A stretch of DNA of 64,000 nt from an uncultured delta proteobacterium (GTDB lineage: Bacteria > Desulfobacterota > Binatia > JACPRU01), in contig CAVUWD010000016.1 in the NCBI GenBank assembly GCA_963745025.1, forward strand, positions 800,001-864,000. Direction: 5' to 3'. A model generated the notes under the pieces. The model did no database searches, was not told the origin of the DNA, and saw nothing but the letters and a program-made list of their open reading frames with translations. The first letter of the stretch is position 1; each line of letters opens with the position of its first letter. Both the position numbers and the translations under genes were made by a program. Positions 14,568 through 24,368 of the stretch are shown here, one piece after another.

Positions 14568-15490
14568 ATCTTCAAGACCTCGCGGGCGCGCTCCGCGTCC
14601 CTGTGAATCTGTTCGACGAGCGCCTGCGGGGACGGGAAGCGCATCTCGCCCCGCAGCCGCCCCACGAGCGAGACGCGCAGCCGTTCGCCGTAGAGGTCGC
14701 CGTCGAAATCGAACAGATGCGCCTCGAGCGTGCGGCAGTGGCCTTGGCCGAAGGTTGGCTTCCGACCCACGTTCGCCACCCCGCTCCTCTGCTGCGCGCC
14801 CCATTCCACGCGCACCGCGTATACGCCGTCCGGCACGAGGATCGGCGAGCGCGAACGGACGTTGGCCGTCGGAAAGCCGAGGCCGCGTCCCCTGCGATCG
14901 CCGACGACGACGCGGCCTTCGACCGCGTAGGCCCGTCCGAGGAGTCGCGCCCCGAGCACCACGTCGCCCGCCGACAGACACTTTCGTACCTCGGTGCTGC
15001 TCACCGCGATTCCATCGACGGTGACCGGCCCGACGACTTCGACCTCGAAGCCAAATCGGCGTCCCGCGTCCTCTAGGGTGGCTGCGCTGCCGCCGCGCCC
15101 TCGCCCGAAGTTCACGCTGTGGCCGATGATCACCTTGACGACACCGAGGCGTCGCACGAGAACCCGTTCGACGAACTCGTCGGCTTCGAGCGCGGCGAAC
15201 GCGCGCGTGAAGTGCTGCAGGACTACCTTGGTGACACCCGCGTCACGCATCCGCGCGAGCCGTTCGCGCAACGGCGTCAGCGACGCCGGCGCTCGCTCCG
15301 GGAACAGCACCGCCGTGGGGTGCGGGAAGAACGTGATGACCACGCCGTCCCCATGACGCTCGGCCGCCTGGCGCACGACGCGTCCGAGAATTTCTTGGTG
15401 ACCGACGTGGACGCCATCGAAGTTGCCGAGCGTGGCGACCGGGGATTCGAGTCGGGCGCGAGACGCCTCGAGGTATCGAATGACTTGCAT
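14564..15490 (-). CDS. ribF: bifunctional riboflavin kinase/FAD synthetase
   Basis: GNFDGVHVGHQ, GRGLGFPTAN, LEAHLFDFDGDLYG. Confidence 0.95.
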   Translation of the reverse strand: MQVIRYLEASRARLESPVATLGNFDGVHVGHQEILGRVVRQAAERHGDGVVITFFPHPTAVLFPERAPASLTPLRERLARMRDAGVTKVVLQHFTRAFAALEADEFVERVLVRRLGVVKVIIGHSVNFGRGRGGSAATLEDAGRRFGFEVEVVGPVTVDGIAVSSTEVRKCLSAGDVVLGARLLGRAYAVEGRVVVGDRRGRGLGFPTANVRSRSPILVPDGVYAVRVEWGAQQRSGVANVGRKPTFGQGHCRTLEAHLFDFDGDLYGERLRVSLVGRLRGEMRFPSPQALVEQIHRDAERAREVLKI

Positions 15491-15517
15491 GAGGCGCGCG
15501 GGCGCGCCTGGCCCGCC

Positions 15518-16285
15518 TCAGGAGCTGAGCTCGGCGAGCTTCTGACGTCCCTTCTCGGCTTCCGGCGAAGCCCCGTGCTCGCTCACGAGCTTTTGCAGCA
15601 CCAGGCGCGCGTCGACCTTGTCGCCCAGCTCGGCGAAGGCCATCGCTTGCCGCAGCAGCGCCGCGGGCACTTTGTCGCCCTTCGGATAGCGCAGCAAGAC
15701 TTCGTTGAACTCCAAGATCGCCCGGTTGTAGTCGCGGTTCACGTAATAGGCCTCGCCGATCCAGTACTGGGCGTCGTCCGCGAGATCGGACTTCGGTGAC
15801 TTGCGGAGAAACTCGCGCAGCTTTTGGATCGCGCCGCCGTTGTCGCCACGACGCAGGAGATCGATGCCGTCGCGATATTCCGCCGGCGCCGATGGCGGAA
15901 CCGGCACGTTTGCCAGTTCGCCCTCCGGCCCGCTCGGAGTGGGAGCAACCGCGGCGGCGGTCTCAGTCCCCGCCGTCGTCGGAACCGTCGCGGCACCACG
16001 AGACTGCTCGACGGCCGCGATCCGCGCATCGAGGGCATCCAGCCGACGCATCAGATCGTCGAGCTTGCCTACCCCGGTGTTCTGATACTTGAGCGCCTCG
16101 AACTCGCCGCGCAACGAGTCGACGTCAACCTTCAGGCCGTCGACCATCGCCTTGGCGTCGGCCGCCTGCCTGCGCGCCTCGGTGACGTCGCCACGAACGA
16201 ATTGCACGTCGGCCTGAGTGGCGCATCCGAACGCCGCTGCGCCGAGCACCGCGAGCGCAAACCACTGCCGCTGAGCCGAGCGCAC
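15518..16285 (-). CDS. cpoB: Tol-Pal system protein YbgF/CpoB (TPR lipoprotein)
   Basis: Lipobox-like AAFGC, coiled coil, TPR AQYWIGEAYY..YPKGDKVPAAL; downstream of pal. Confidence 0.88.
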   Translation of the reverse strand: MRSAQRQWFALAVLGAAAFGCATQADVQFVRGDVTEARRQAADAKAMVDGLKVDVDSLRGEFEALKYQNTGVGKLDDLMRRLDALDARIAAVEQSRGAATVPTTAGTETAAAVAPTPSGPEGELANVPVPPSAPAEYRDGIDLLRRGDNGGAIQKLREFLRKSPKSDLADDAQYWIGEAYYVNRDYNRAILEFNEVLLRYPKGDKVPAALLRQAMAFAELGDKVDARLVLQKLVSEHGASPEAEKGRQKLAELSS

Positions 16286-16287
16286 GG

Positions 16288-16803
16288 TTATTGGAGCACG
16301 ACGGAGTGCGCGCGCCGATTCCGCGACCAGCACGCCTCGTTGTCCTCGCGGCAGAGCGGCAACTCCTCGCCGTAGCTGATCGTCGAGAGTCGATCGGACG
16401 CGGTGCCGAGCGAAACCAGATAATCCTTCACGGCCTTGGCCCGCTTGGCGCCGAGCGCGAGGTTGTATTCCACGGTGCCGCGATCGTCGCAGTGGCCCTC
16501 GATCTCTACCTTCGCCTTCGGATTGTCCTTCAGCCACTGGGCGTTCGCCTGGAGAACGGAGCGGTCCTCCTGCCTCAGGTCGTAGCGATCGTAGTCGAAA
16601 TGAACGTCCTGCAGCGGGCCGCCTTCGGAGGGTCCCATGCCCTTCTTGAAGTTCTCGAGGCTACCGCCTGCGAGTCCGCCCTGGCCCATGCCTTCGGCCT
16701 CGGCTCCGACGCTGGGCTTCTTCTTCGCCGGACAACCGGTCAGCAGCAACGCCACCATCGCCACCGCACACAGCGCGACCGATCGTTCCCGCACTCTCTT
16801 CAT
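16288..16803 (-). CDS. pal: peptidoglycan-associated lipoprotein
   Basis: LLTGC lipobox, VHFDYD, IEGHCDDRGTVEYNLALGAKRA, NRRA. Confidence 0.95.
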   Translation of the reverse strand: MKRVRERSVALCAVAMVALLLTGCPAKKKPSVGAEAEGMGQGGLAGGSLENFKKGMGPSEGGPLQDVHFDYDRYDLRQEDRSVLQANAQWLKDNPKAKVEIEGHCDDRGTVEYNLALGAKRAKAVKDYLVSLGTASDRLSTISYGEELPLCREDNEACWSRNRRAHSVVLQ

Positions 16804-16846
16804 TCTCACCCCCCAAGACCTGAATAATTCGCACTCGCGGCGCGGC

Positions 16847-18163
16847 TCACGGCAGCCGCAGAGACCAAGATGGGCTGGTATCATCTCCACCGGACCTGGT
16901 CAATTGAACCTGGTGCTCACCCGTGGTGTCAGCGAGAAACAGCGCGGGCCGACCGACGCGCGTGGAGCTGAACACCACGTAGCGGCCGTCGGGCGAGAAC
17001 GAAGGGTCCTCGTTGTTGCCCTGCCCGCCGGTGAGCTGCCGCACCTGATTCGTCTTCAAGCTCAGCGTGAAGACGTTGAAGCCCTGATCGCGGCTCACGT
17101 AGGTGATCAGATCGCCCTTCGGCGACCAGTTCGGCGACGTGTTGTAGCTACCCTGGGAGGTGATCCGTCGTGGCGCCGACCCGTCGGCGCCCATCACGTA
17201 GATCTGCGGCGAGCCGGTGCGCGCGGACACGAATGCGATCTGCCTTCCATCGGGCGACCATGTCGGCGAAACGTCGATCTCGGGACCGTTCGTGAGCTGC
17301 TTCAACACGCGCCCTTCACCGTCCAGAAGAAAGATGTCGGAGTTCCCGCCTCGCTCCAAGCTGATCGCGATCATCCGCCCGTCCGGTGACCAGCGGCCGC
17401 CGAGATTCAGCCCACGCGCGCTCGAGATCTTTTGCAGCGATCGCCCCGTCGCGTCGGCCCGGTAGAGGCTCGGGTTGCCGTCCATGAAGGAGGTGAAGAG
17501 CACCGTCGCCACGTCCGGGCTCCACGACGGTGCGATGTTGATCGTCCGATTGTTCGTCACCATCGACACGTCGAAGCCATCGACCGACATGACGAGGATC
17601 TCCTTGGCGCGCCCGCCGCGGCGCGATGCGAAGACGATCCTCGAGTCGAAGGGCCCGCGCTCTCCGGTGAGGTACTCCATCACCTTGTCCGCAAAGCGGC
17701 GCCCCATCTGCGGCAGCAGGTCGGCGTTGCCGCTGTAACGCTCACCCCCGACTTGAGAGCGTTGCGCGACGTCGAACAGGCGAGCCTCGACCGAGAGCGT
17801 GTTGCCCGATTGCGTCGCCGTCCCCTTGATGACCGCCTTGGCGCCGAGCACCGACCAGTTCGCGAAATTGATCTGCGATGGGTCGGCCGGCGTCGGCCCC
17901 TCGATGTAGGCCTTGGAATCGAGCACTCGGAAATACCCGGACAGCGACAAGTTACGCGCGACGACTTCGGCAAAGCGAGCACCCGCCTCCTTGCCTCCGC
18001 CGGTATCCGCCAGCGGCGAGACGGCGATCTCGAGCCGCGTCGCGCCCGGGCCGACGATGCGGCCTGTCACTTGGCCGTGCGCCGCCCCAACGCCAACCAT
18101 CCCCACCAACGCCGAAGCGACCAGACCGATCCACGAGCATCGCCGCAAGATTCCACCTCCCAT
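16847..18163 (-). CDS. tolB: Tol-Pal beta-propeller protein TolB
   Basis: TolB N-domain plus repeated P.WSPDG motifs; tol-pal context. Confidence 0.93.
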   Translation of the reverse strand: MGGGILRRCSWIGLVASALVGMVGVGAAHGQVTGRIVGPGATRLEIAVSPLADTGGGKEAGARFAEVVARNLSLSGYFRVLDSKAYIEGPTPADPSQINFANWSVLGAKAVIKGTATQSGNTLSVEARLFDVAQRSQVGGERYSGNADLLPQMGRRFADKVMEYLTGERGPFDSRIVFASRRGGRAKEILVMSVDGFDVSMVTNNRTINIAPSWSPDVATVLFTSFMDGNPSLYRADATGRSLQKISSARGLNLGGRWSPDGRMIAISLERGGNSDIFLLDGEGRVLKQLTNGPEIDVSPTWSPDGRQIAFVSARTGSPQIYVMGADGSAPRRITSQGSYNTSPNWSPKGDLITYVSRDQGFNVFTLSLKTNQVRQLTGGQGNNEDPSFSPDGRYVVFSSTRVGRPALFLADTTGEHQVQLTRSGGDDTSPSWSLRLP

Positions 18164-18206
18164 ACTGTGAATCGTTGCTCTAAAACACCATCGAAACAAG
18201 AAAGTC

Positions 18207-19136
18207 TCAGCCACCCGCCGCAAGCTGACCGGATACGAACTCGAGCGTGTAGTTGCCGAAGATCTGACGATATTTGTCCGGCGGCGCGGGGAGCGGGCTC
18301 GAGATGCTGATCGCGCGCATTACCGAACCGTCGAAGCTTGAATCGCCGGATTGATCCAGCACCCGCACATCGGTGATGTCACCGCCGTCTCCAATGCGAA
18401 AGCCGACCCGGATCGTCAGGTTCGGGTTCGCGCCCACCCACGTCCAGTTCTTCTTGATGATCGCTTCGACCTGATTCTTGTAGATGATGAAGTCGAGGCC
18501 CATGAGGACGCCCCCGCCGCCCCCGTCGCCGCCGGTGCCAAGCGCCGCTCCCTTGCCCTGCTCGACGCCGCCGAGGCCCGAGGCGTGCTTGCCGCTACCT
18601 TTCTCGCCGAGCTGGCGCACGGCGTCCTGGATCTCCTTATCGCGCGCGAGCTTGGCGAGCTCTGCTTTCGAAGGCTTGGGCTTCACCTCCGCGGGTGCGG
18701 GGTTCGGCTTCGGTGGCGGTGGCTTCCTTTCTTCGGGCTTTGGCTCGGGCTTCTTCGGCACGTCGGGCAGCTTGACGACCTTCTCCTCCGGTTTCGGCGG
18801 CTCGGGTTTTGGCTCCGGCCGTTTCTCTTCCGCCGTTTCCGGAGGGGGCACCGGCTTTGGCTCCTCCTTCGCAGCCGGAGCGGCCACGCCGCTCGGCGGC
18901 GCCTCGGGACGGATTTCTCCTTTTGGCAACCGCCCGCCGAGCGCGCTCGGATCGACGATCTTCACGGTATAGGCGACGACCGGCGGGGGCACGCGCATTA
19001 GGATCCCGCGTGGCCGGAGCGCCACCACCAAACCCGCCGCGAGGTGGAGGATCGCGGAGAGCACGACCATCCAGGGAAGCGCCGGTTCCGCCGTGCGATC
19101 CGCGATCCAGGCGTTCTGCCGCGGAGCTTCCTTCAC
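18207..19136 (-). CDS. tolA: TolA/TonB-family energy transducer
   Basis: N-terminal TM helix with S..LH, Pro/Lys/Glu-rich linker, TonB-C domain (SGDSSFDGSVMRAI..PLPAPP). Confidence 0.8.
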   Translation of the reverse strand: MKEAPRQNAWIADRTAEPALPWMVVLSAILHLAAGLVVALRPRGILMRVPPPVVAYTVKIVDPSALGGRLPKGEIRPEAPPSGVAAPAAKEEPKPVPPPETAEEKRPEPKPEPPKPEEKVVKLPDVPKKPEPKPEERKPPPPKPNPAPAEVKPKPSKAELAKLARDKEIQDAVRQLGEKGSGKHASGLGGVEQGKGAALGTGGDGGGGGVLMGLDFIIYKNQVEAIIKKNWTWVGANPNLTIRVGFRIGDGGDITDVRVLDQSGDSSFDGSVMRAISISSPLPAPPDKYRQIFGNYTLEFVSGQLAAGG

Positions 19137-19137
19137 G

Positions 19138-19240
19138 GATCGCTCCCGTTGGTCGCGATCCCGGCTCCGACCGAGCAGCGTGCGGAGCGAAGAGTTCGCA
19201 TTGTCGATCGCTCCCGTTGGTCGCGATTCGGCTTCGACCG
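19138..19240. repeat. two ~35-bp direct repeats GATCGCTCCCGTTGGTCGCGAT..CGGCT.CGACCG
   Basis: Copies at ~19138-19173 and ~19206-19240 in the tolR-tolA intergenic region. Confidence 0.75.
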
Positions 19241-19260
19241 GCGCATGCTACCGAGCTAGC

Positions 19261-19677
19261 TCATTTCTTCTCGGTTGGCAGCTCCGTGATCATCCCGAGG
19301 CTCTGCACGCCCGCACCCTTGACCGCCGCCATGACGCGCACCACTTCACCGTATGGAACCGAACGATCGGCCCGTAAAAAAACCTGCTTGTCCGGTTTCA
19401 GCCGGATCACCGCCTCGAGCTTGGAGCCGAGCTGGTCGATCGGGATCGCGTTGTCGTTCAGGTAGACCACGCCCTTCTTGTCGATCGTGACGACGAGCTG
19501 CTCCTCTTCTCCGGACAGCGCGCCCGCCTTCGCCTGCGGGAGCTCGACGGAAACCCCTTGCTGGAGAATCGGCGCGGTCACCATGAAGATGACGAGCAGC
19601 ACGAGCATTACGTCGACGAGCGGCACGACGTTGATCTGCGAGATGGAGGAGCTCTGCGATCGCGTCTCGAACGCCAT
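19261..19677 (-). CDS. tolR: TolR/ExbD
   Basis: INVVPLVDVMLVLLVIFMVTAP, LRADRSVPYGEVV. Confidence 0.93.
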   Translation of the reverse strand: MAFETRSQSSSISQINVVPLVDVMLVLLVIFMVTAPILQQGVSVELPQAKAGALSGEEEQLVVTIDKKGVVYLNDNAIPIDQLGSKLEAVIRLKPDKQVFLRADRSVPYGEVVRVMAAVKGAGVQSLGMITELPTEKK

Positions 19678-19753
19678 GGGAGATTCGGCTACCGACTACC
19701 GGCTACCGCGAAAGAAGCCAAGGAGTCCTCGCCGCAAGCCGATCGCCTCTTCA

Positions 19754-20464
19754 TCAAATGAAGTGCCTCTCCGCGATGTTCAAGAACTCCGCGGAAAAGT
19801 TCTCCATGTCGGCGGTGAGAACGCGGATCTCGCGCGCGAAGTGATTGAACGCGACGACCGCTGGAATCGCCGCCGCCAAGCCGACGGCGGTCGCGATCAA
19901 TGCCTCGGCGATCCCCGGCGCCACGGCTTGGATGCTCGAGGTCTGCGCCGTGGTGAGGCCGCGGAACGCTGTCATCACGCCCCATACGGTTCCGAACAGT
20001 CCGACGAACGGAGCCGTGGACGCCGTGGTGGCCAGGAAGGTGAGCGCCTTCTCGAGGCGGGTGACTTCCTGCGTGGTGGCGCGGCGCATCGCACGCTCGA
20101 CGTTTTCGATCCCGCCGAGCTCCGTGCTCTCCGGGTTTTCGCTCCACGTTCCCGACTTCTTCGAGCTCGTGCGCGTCAGACGTTGCAGCTCCTGATAACC
20201 GGAGCGAAACACGTGCGCCACGGGGCTCTGCTTGAGCTCGATGCTCGCGTTGTTGATGCCGGCGAGGTTCTTCGCTTCCCAGAAAATCTCCAGAAAGCGC
20301 TCGCTCTGTCGCCGCGCCGCTCGCAGCTGGCGAAACTTGAAGAGGATGACACCCAGACTGCCGATCGAGAAGCCGAGCAGGAGCAGCAGAGCGAGCTGAA
20401 CGACCGGGCTCGCGCCGAAAACGATGCTCGCCAGACCCTGCTGTTGCCCGATCGTCGGATTCAT
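19754..20464 (-). CDS. tolQ: TolQ/ExbB
   Basis: LATTASTAPFVGLFGTVWG, VAPGIAEALIATA.GL.AAIPAV. Confidence 0.94.
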   Translation of the reverse strand: MNPTIGQQQGLASIVFGASPVVQLALLLLLGFSIGSLGVILFKFRQLRAARRQSERFLEIFWEAKNLAGINNASIELKQSPVAHVFRSGYQELQRLTRTSSKKSGTWSENPESTELGGIENVERAMRRATTQEVTRLEKALTFLATTASTAPFVGLFGTVWGVMTAFRGLTTAQTSSIQAVAPGIAEALIATAVGLAAAIPAVVAFNHFAREIRVLTADMENFSAEFLNIAERHFI

Positions 20465-20623
20465 GCGCCTCGGTAGTACAACGATTCTAGCCAGTCAACG
20501 CGAGCTCGCGAAACACGCCAAATTTCGCCGTCGGCGCGCCTTGACGGTCCGATCGGGACGTGAAATATCGCAACCGGGCTTGCCGGCGGGGATTCGTCCG
20601 TTACTTCAACGAAGTCGAGAGGA

Positions 20624-21637
20624 ATGATGGGCGTTCGCGTAGGAATCAACGGCTTTGGACGCATCGGTCGAAACATCCTTCGCGTGTGCCTCGCAGCGAA
20701 ATCGGAACTCCAGTTCGTCGCCGTCAACGACATCACTGATGCCGAGACCCTCGCTCATCTGCTGAAATACGACTCGGTGCACGGAACGTTGCGCGAAGCC
20801 GTGCGCGCTGACGGCGACACGCTGCGCGTGGGCGAAACGCAGCTTCGGGTGCTCGCGGAGCGCGATCCGGCGAAGCTTCCGTGGAAAGAACTCGGCGTGG
20901 ATGTCGTGCTCGAGTGCAGCGGGCGTTTCACCAGCCGCGACGAAGCGGCCGTTCATCTGAAGGCGGGCGCGCGCAAGGTCCTGATCTCGGCGCCGGCGAA
21001 AAAGGCCGACGTAACGATTTGTTACGGCGTGAACCACGAGGCCTACGACGCCGCCAAGCACCAAGTGATCTCCAACGCGTCGTGCACCACGAACTGTCTT
21101 GCCCCCGTCGCCAAAGTCCTGCATGCGGGCTTCGGCATCCGTCACGGCCTGATGACCACGGTGCACGCCTACACCAACGATCAGCGGATTCTCGATCTGC
21201 CGCACGACGATCTCCGCCGCGCCCGCGCCGCTGCCCTCTCCATGATTCCCACGTCGACCGGCGCGGCAAAGGCCATCGGGCTCGTGCTGCCCGAGCTCGA
21301 TGGGAAGCTCGACGGCATGGCCGTGCGCGTGCCGCTACCGAACGTGTCGATTGTCGACCTCACCGCAACCGTCGAAAAATCGACGACTGCGGACGACGTC
21401 AACGCGGCGATGAAGCGCGCGGCCGAGGGTTCCTTGAAGGGTATCCTCGAATACTGCGACGCGCCGCTCGTGTCGCGCGACTTCAACGGCAACCCGTGCT
21501 CCGCGATTTTCGACGCGACCCTGACGAAGGTGTCGGGGGGGATGCTGGTCAAGGTCTTCGCCTGGTACGACAACGAGTGGGGCTTCTCGAATCGCATGCG
21601 GGACGTCGCCTCGATGATCGCTTCGTCGCTCCGTTAG
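20624..21637 (+). CDS. gap: type I glyceraldehyde-3-phosphate dehydrogenase
   Basis: [31 protein letters not shown]. Confidence 0.97.
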   Translation: MMGVRVGINGFGRIGRNILRVCLAAKSELQFVAVNDITDAETLAHLLKYDSVHGTLREAVRADGDTLRVGETQLRVLAERDPAKLPWKELGVDVVLECSGRFTSRDEAAVHLKAGARKVLISAPAKKADVTICYGVNHEAYDAAKHQVISNASCTTNCLAPVAKVLHAGFGIRHGLMTTVHAYTNDQRILDLPHDDLRRARAAALSMIPTSTGAAKAIGLVLPELDGKLDGMAVRVPLPNVSIVDLTATVEKSTTADDVNAAMKRAAEGSLKGILEYCDAPLVSRDFNGNPCSAIFDATLTKVSGGMLVKVFAWYDNEWGFSNRMRDVASMIASSLR

Positions 21638-21667
21638 CCTCGGGAGGCGGACCGCCGTAGCGCACGA

Positions 21668-22849
21668 ATGGCCGCCCGTACGCTCGAGGAAGTGCCGGTC
21701 ACCGGCAAGCGCGTGTTCATCCGCGCGGACCTGAACGTACCGATCCGCGACGGACGAATCACCGACACCACACGCATCGACGAAGCCCTACAGTCGATCA
21801 AGTGGGTGATCGCCAACGGCGGCCGTCCGATCGTCGCGTCTCACCTCGGCCGCCCGAAGGGCAAGCGTGTCGCCGCGCTCAGCCTCGCGCCGGTCGCCGA
21901 GTATCTCGCCGAGGTGCTGCACGTCCGCGTGATCCTCGCCAAGGATTGCGTCGGCGACGAGACGCTCGCGCAGACCCGGGCGCTCGGCCCCCACGATCTG
22001 CTGCTGCTCGAGAATCTCCGCTTTCATGAGCAGGAGGAGGAGAACGAAGCTGGATTCTCGCAGGCGCTCGCCTCGCTCTGCGACGTGTACGTGAACGATG
22101 CGTTCGGCACGGCGCACCGCGCGCACGCCTCGACCGTGGGGATGGTCCGATTCGTGGCCAATCGGGCGATCGGCCTCCTGCTGCAGAAGGAAGTCGCCGC
22201 GCTCTCTCCGCTGCTCGGAAGCCCGGCCCGACCCTTCGTCGTCGTGCTGGGCGGCGCCAAGGTCTCCGACAAGATCGGCGTGATTCGCAATCTCCTCCCG
22301 CGCTGCGATTCGCTGCTGATCGGCGGCGCCATGGCCTACACGTTCCTGGCCGCTCAGGGCGTGGAGGTCGGCGACAGCTACGTCGTCACGGACGAGATCG
22401 GCGTCGAACGCGAGGTGCTCACCGAAGCCGCGCGCCGCAAGGTCGACGTCGTGCTTCCTGCAGATCACGTGATCGCGGTCGACATCGTGGCGAACGCGGC
22501 CCACCAGACGACGAGCGGCCCGGCGATCCCGCGCGGATGGAAAGGCGTCGACATCGGCCCCGCCACCGTGCGTCGATTCGGCGATCGCATCGCGCACGCC
22601 AAGACGATCTTCTGGAACGGGCCGCTCGGCGTCTTCGAGATCGAGCCGTTCGCTCGCGGAACGCTGGCGATCGCCACCGAGATTGCGCGCAGCGGCGCCT
22701 TCAGCGTGGTCGGCGGCGGCGACTCCGTCGCCGCCGTGATGCAATCGGGTCACGCCGAAGAAATCTCGCATATCTCGACCGGCGGCGGAGCTGCGCTCGA
22801 GTTCCTCGAGGGACGCGAGCTCCCCGGCCTAAAGGCGCTCGAGGGCTAG
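21668..22849 (+). CDS. pgk: phosphoglycerate kinase
   Basis: RADLNVP, SHLGRP, DAFGTAHRAHAS, GGAKVSDKI, ISTGGGA. Confidence 0.97.
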   Translation: MAARTLEEVPVTGKRVFIRADLNVPIRDGRITDTTRIDEALQSIKWVIANGGRPIVASHLGRPKGKRVAALSLAPVAEYLAEVLHVRVILAKDCVGDETLAQTRALGPHDLLLLENLRFHEQEEENEAGFSQALASLCDVYVNDAFGTAHRAHASTVGMVRFVANRAIGLLLQKEVAALSPLLGSPARPFVVVLGGAKVSDKIGVIRNLLPRCDSLLIGGAMAYTFLAAQGVEVGDSYVVTDEIGVEREVLTEAARRKVDVVLPADHVIAVDIVANAAHQTTSGPAIPRGWKGVDIGPATVRRFGDRIAHAKTIFWNGPLGVFEIEPFARGTLAIATEIARSGAFSVVGGGDSVAAVMQSGHAEEISHISTGGGAALEFLEGRELPGLKALEG

Positions 22850-22854
22850 TTCCC

Positions 22855-23616
22855 GTGCCGCGTCGAGCCGTGATCGCCGGCAACTGGAAGATGCACGGCA
22901 CCGTGGTCGAGACGCGCGCGCTCCTCCGCGGCCTGCGAGCGCGGCTCGCCGCGGAATCGGCGGACCGCGAGATCGTCGTCGCCCCGCCGTACACGGCGCT
23001 CGCAGCCGCGGCCGAGGAGCTTCGCGGCTCGGCCATCGACCTCGCGGCGCAGAACGTTCACTGGGAATCCAGCGGTGCATTCACGGGCGAGATCTCCGCG
23101 GCCATGCTGCTCGAAGCCGGGTGCCGTTGGGTGATCGTCGGCCATTCCGAGCGTCGCCAGCGCTTTGGCGAGACCGACGCCAACGTCAACCGCCGTGCGC
23201 GCGCCGCGCTGGCGGCCGGCCTCCGCCCGATCGTCTGCATCGGCGAGACTCTCGGCGACCGCGAGGCGAACCGCACGATCGACGTCGTCCGCGGTCAGGC
23301 CCGAGCCGCGTTGCTGGATCTCGGGGTGGCTGATATACAGACCCTTTGCATCGCCTACGAGCCGGTGTGGGCGATCGGTACCGGTCGGACGGCGACGCCC
23401 GACCAGGCCGAGGAGGTTCATGCCGAGGTGAGGAGGATCGTGGCGGAGGTGGCAGGCACGCAGACGGCGAACCGGTTGCGAATTCTCTATGGAGGGAGCG
23501 TCAAGCCCGACAACATCGACTCGCTGATGGCCGAACCAGACATCGATGGCGCGCTCGTCGGCGGCGCCAGCCTGGATGTCGAGTCGTTCGCGCGCATCGT
23601 CGAATTTCAGTCGTAG
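22855..23616 (+). CDS. tpiA: triosephosphate isomerase
   Basis: AGNWKM, GHSERR, AYEPVWAIGTG, LYGGSVK, LVGGASL. Confidence 0.97.
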   Translation: MPRRAVIAGNWKMHGTVVETRALLRGLRARLAAESADREIVVAPPYTALAAAAEELRGSAIDLAAQNVHWESSGAFTGEISAAMLLEAGCRWVIVGHSERRQRFGETDANVNRRARAALAAGLRPIVCIGETLGDREANRTIDVVRGQARAALLDLGVADIQTLCIAYEPVWAIGTGRTATPDQAEEVHAEVRRIVAEVAGTQTANRLRILYGGSVKPDNIDSLMAEPDIDGALVGGASLDVESFARIVEFQS

Positions 23617-23625
23617 GAGAGCCCG

Positions 23626-24033
23626 TTGATCACCGTCATCACCATCATCCATCTGGTCGCGTGCGTTTTCTTGATCCTCGTCGTGCTGCTGCAGACCGGC
23701 AAAGGCGCCGAGATGGGCGCCGTGTTCGGCGGCGGTGGCAGCTCGACGCTCTTCGGCGCGAGTGGAGCGGGAAACTTCCTCACCAAGCTGACGACCGGCA
23801 CCGCGATCGTCTTCTTCCTGACGTCTCTGACGCTTGCGTACAGCTCGATCGCGCGTACGCGGGGCACCGTGTTCGATCGCTCGCTGCCCGAGCCGCCGCC
23901 GCTCAATGTTCCGGCTACCGCGGACAACGGACCGGCGGCGGAGAACAAGGCGCCGCAGGCGGCTGCGCCAGCCGAGCCGGCTCCACAACCTGCGGCCCCG
24001 GCCCAAGGCGAATCCGCGCCGGCGACCCAGTGA
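23626..24033 (+). CDS. secG: preprotein translocase subunit SecG
   Basis: VLLQTGKGAEMGAVFGGG, NFLTKLT; tpiA-secG-tRNA-Leu synteny. Confidence 0.95.
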   Translation: MITVITIIHLVACVFLILVVLLQTGKGAEMGAVFGGGGSSTLFGASGAGNFLTKLTTGTAIVFFLTSLTLAYSSIARTRGTVFDRSLPEPPPLNVPATADNGPAAENKAPQAAAPAEPAPQPAAPAQGESAPATQ

Positions 24034-24040
24034 AGGCTTT

Positions 24041-24123
24041 GCGAGGATGGCGGAACGGCAGACGCGCTAGTTTGAGGGGCTAGTGGGGTAACACCCGTGG
24101 GGGTTCAAGTCCCCCTCCTCGCA
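24041..24123 (+). tRNA. tRNA-Leu(GAG), CCA not encoded
   Basis: Acceptor GCGAGGA/TCCTCGC+A, anticodon loop TT-GAG-GG, long variable arm, T-loop GGTTCAAGTCC. Confidence 0.95.
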
Positions 24124-24129
24124 CTTCGT

Positions 24130-24340
24130 AAGACCTCGAGTTTCTTTCTCCATGGGTCCAATTGGGGTCCAATTCGGGCCCAGTAGAGCCGGATCGCTAG
24201 CCCGCGCCAGGACGCTCAGCTCGTCGTCTCGCTCCTTGTCGTGGAGCCACCTCGCGTAGTGCTTGCGGAGCGTTGCGTAGGCCACGCCCGTCTGCTCCTC
24301 GAGGCGCTCGATCCGCACCCCGGCCTTCAGAGCCGCCCGG
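24130..24340 (-). pseudogene. tyrosine integrase C-terminal remnant
   Basis: ALKAGVRIERLEEQTGVAYATLRKHYARW (catalytic Tyr region), abutting the tRNA. Confidence 0.75.
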
Positions 24341-24368
24341 GCGCTGCGTGCGCGTGCAAGCCGCCGCA

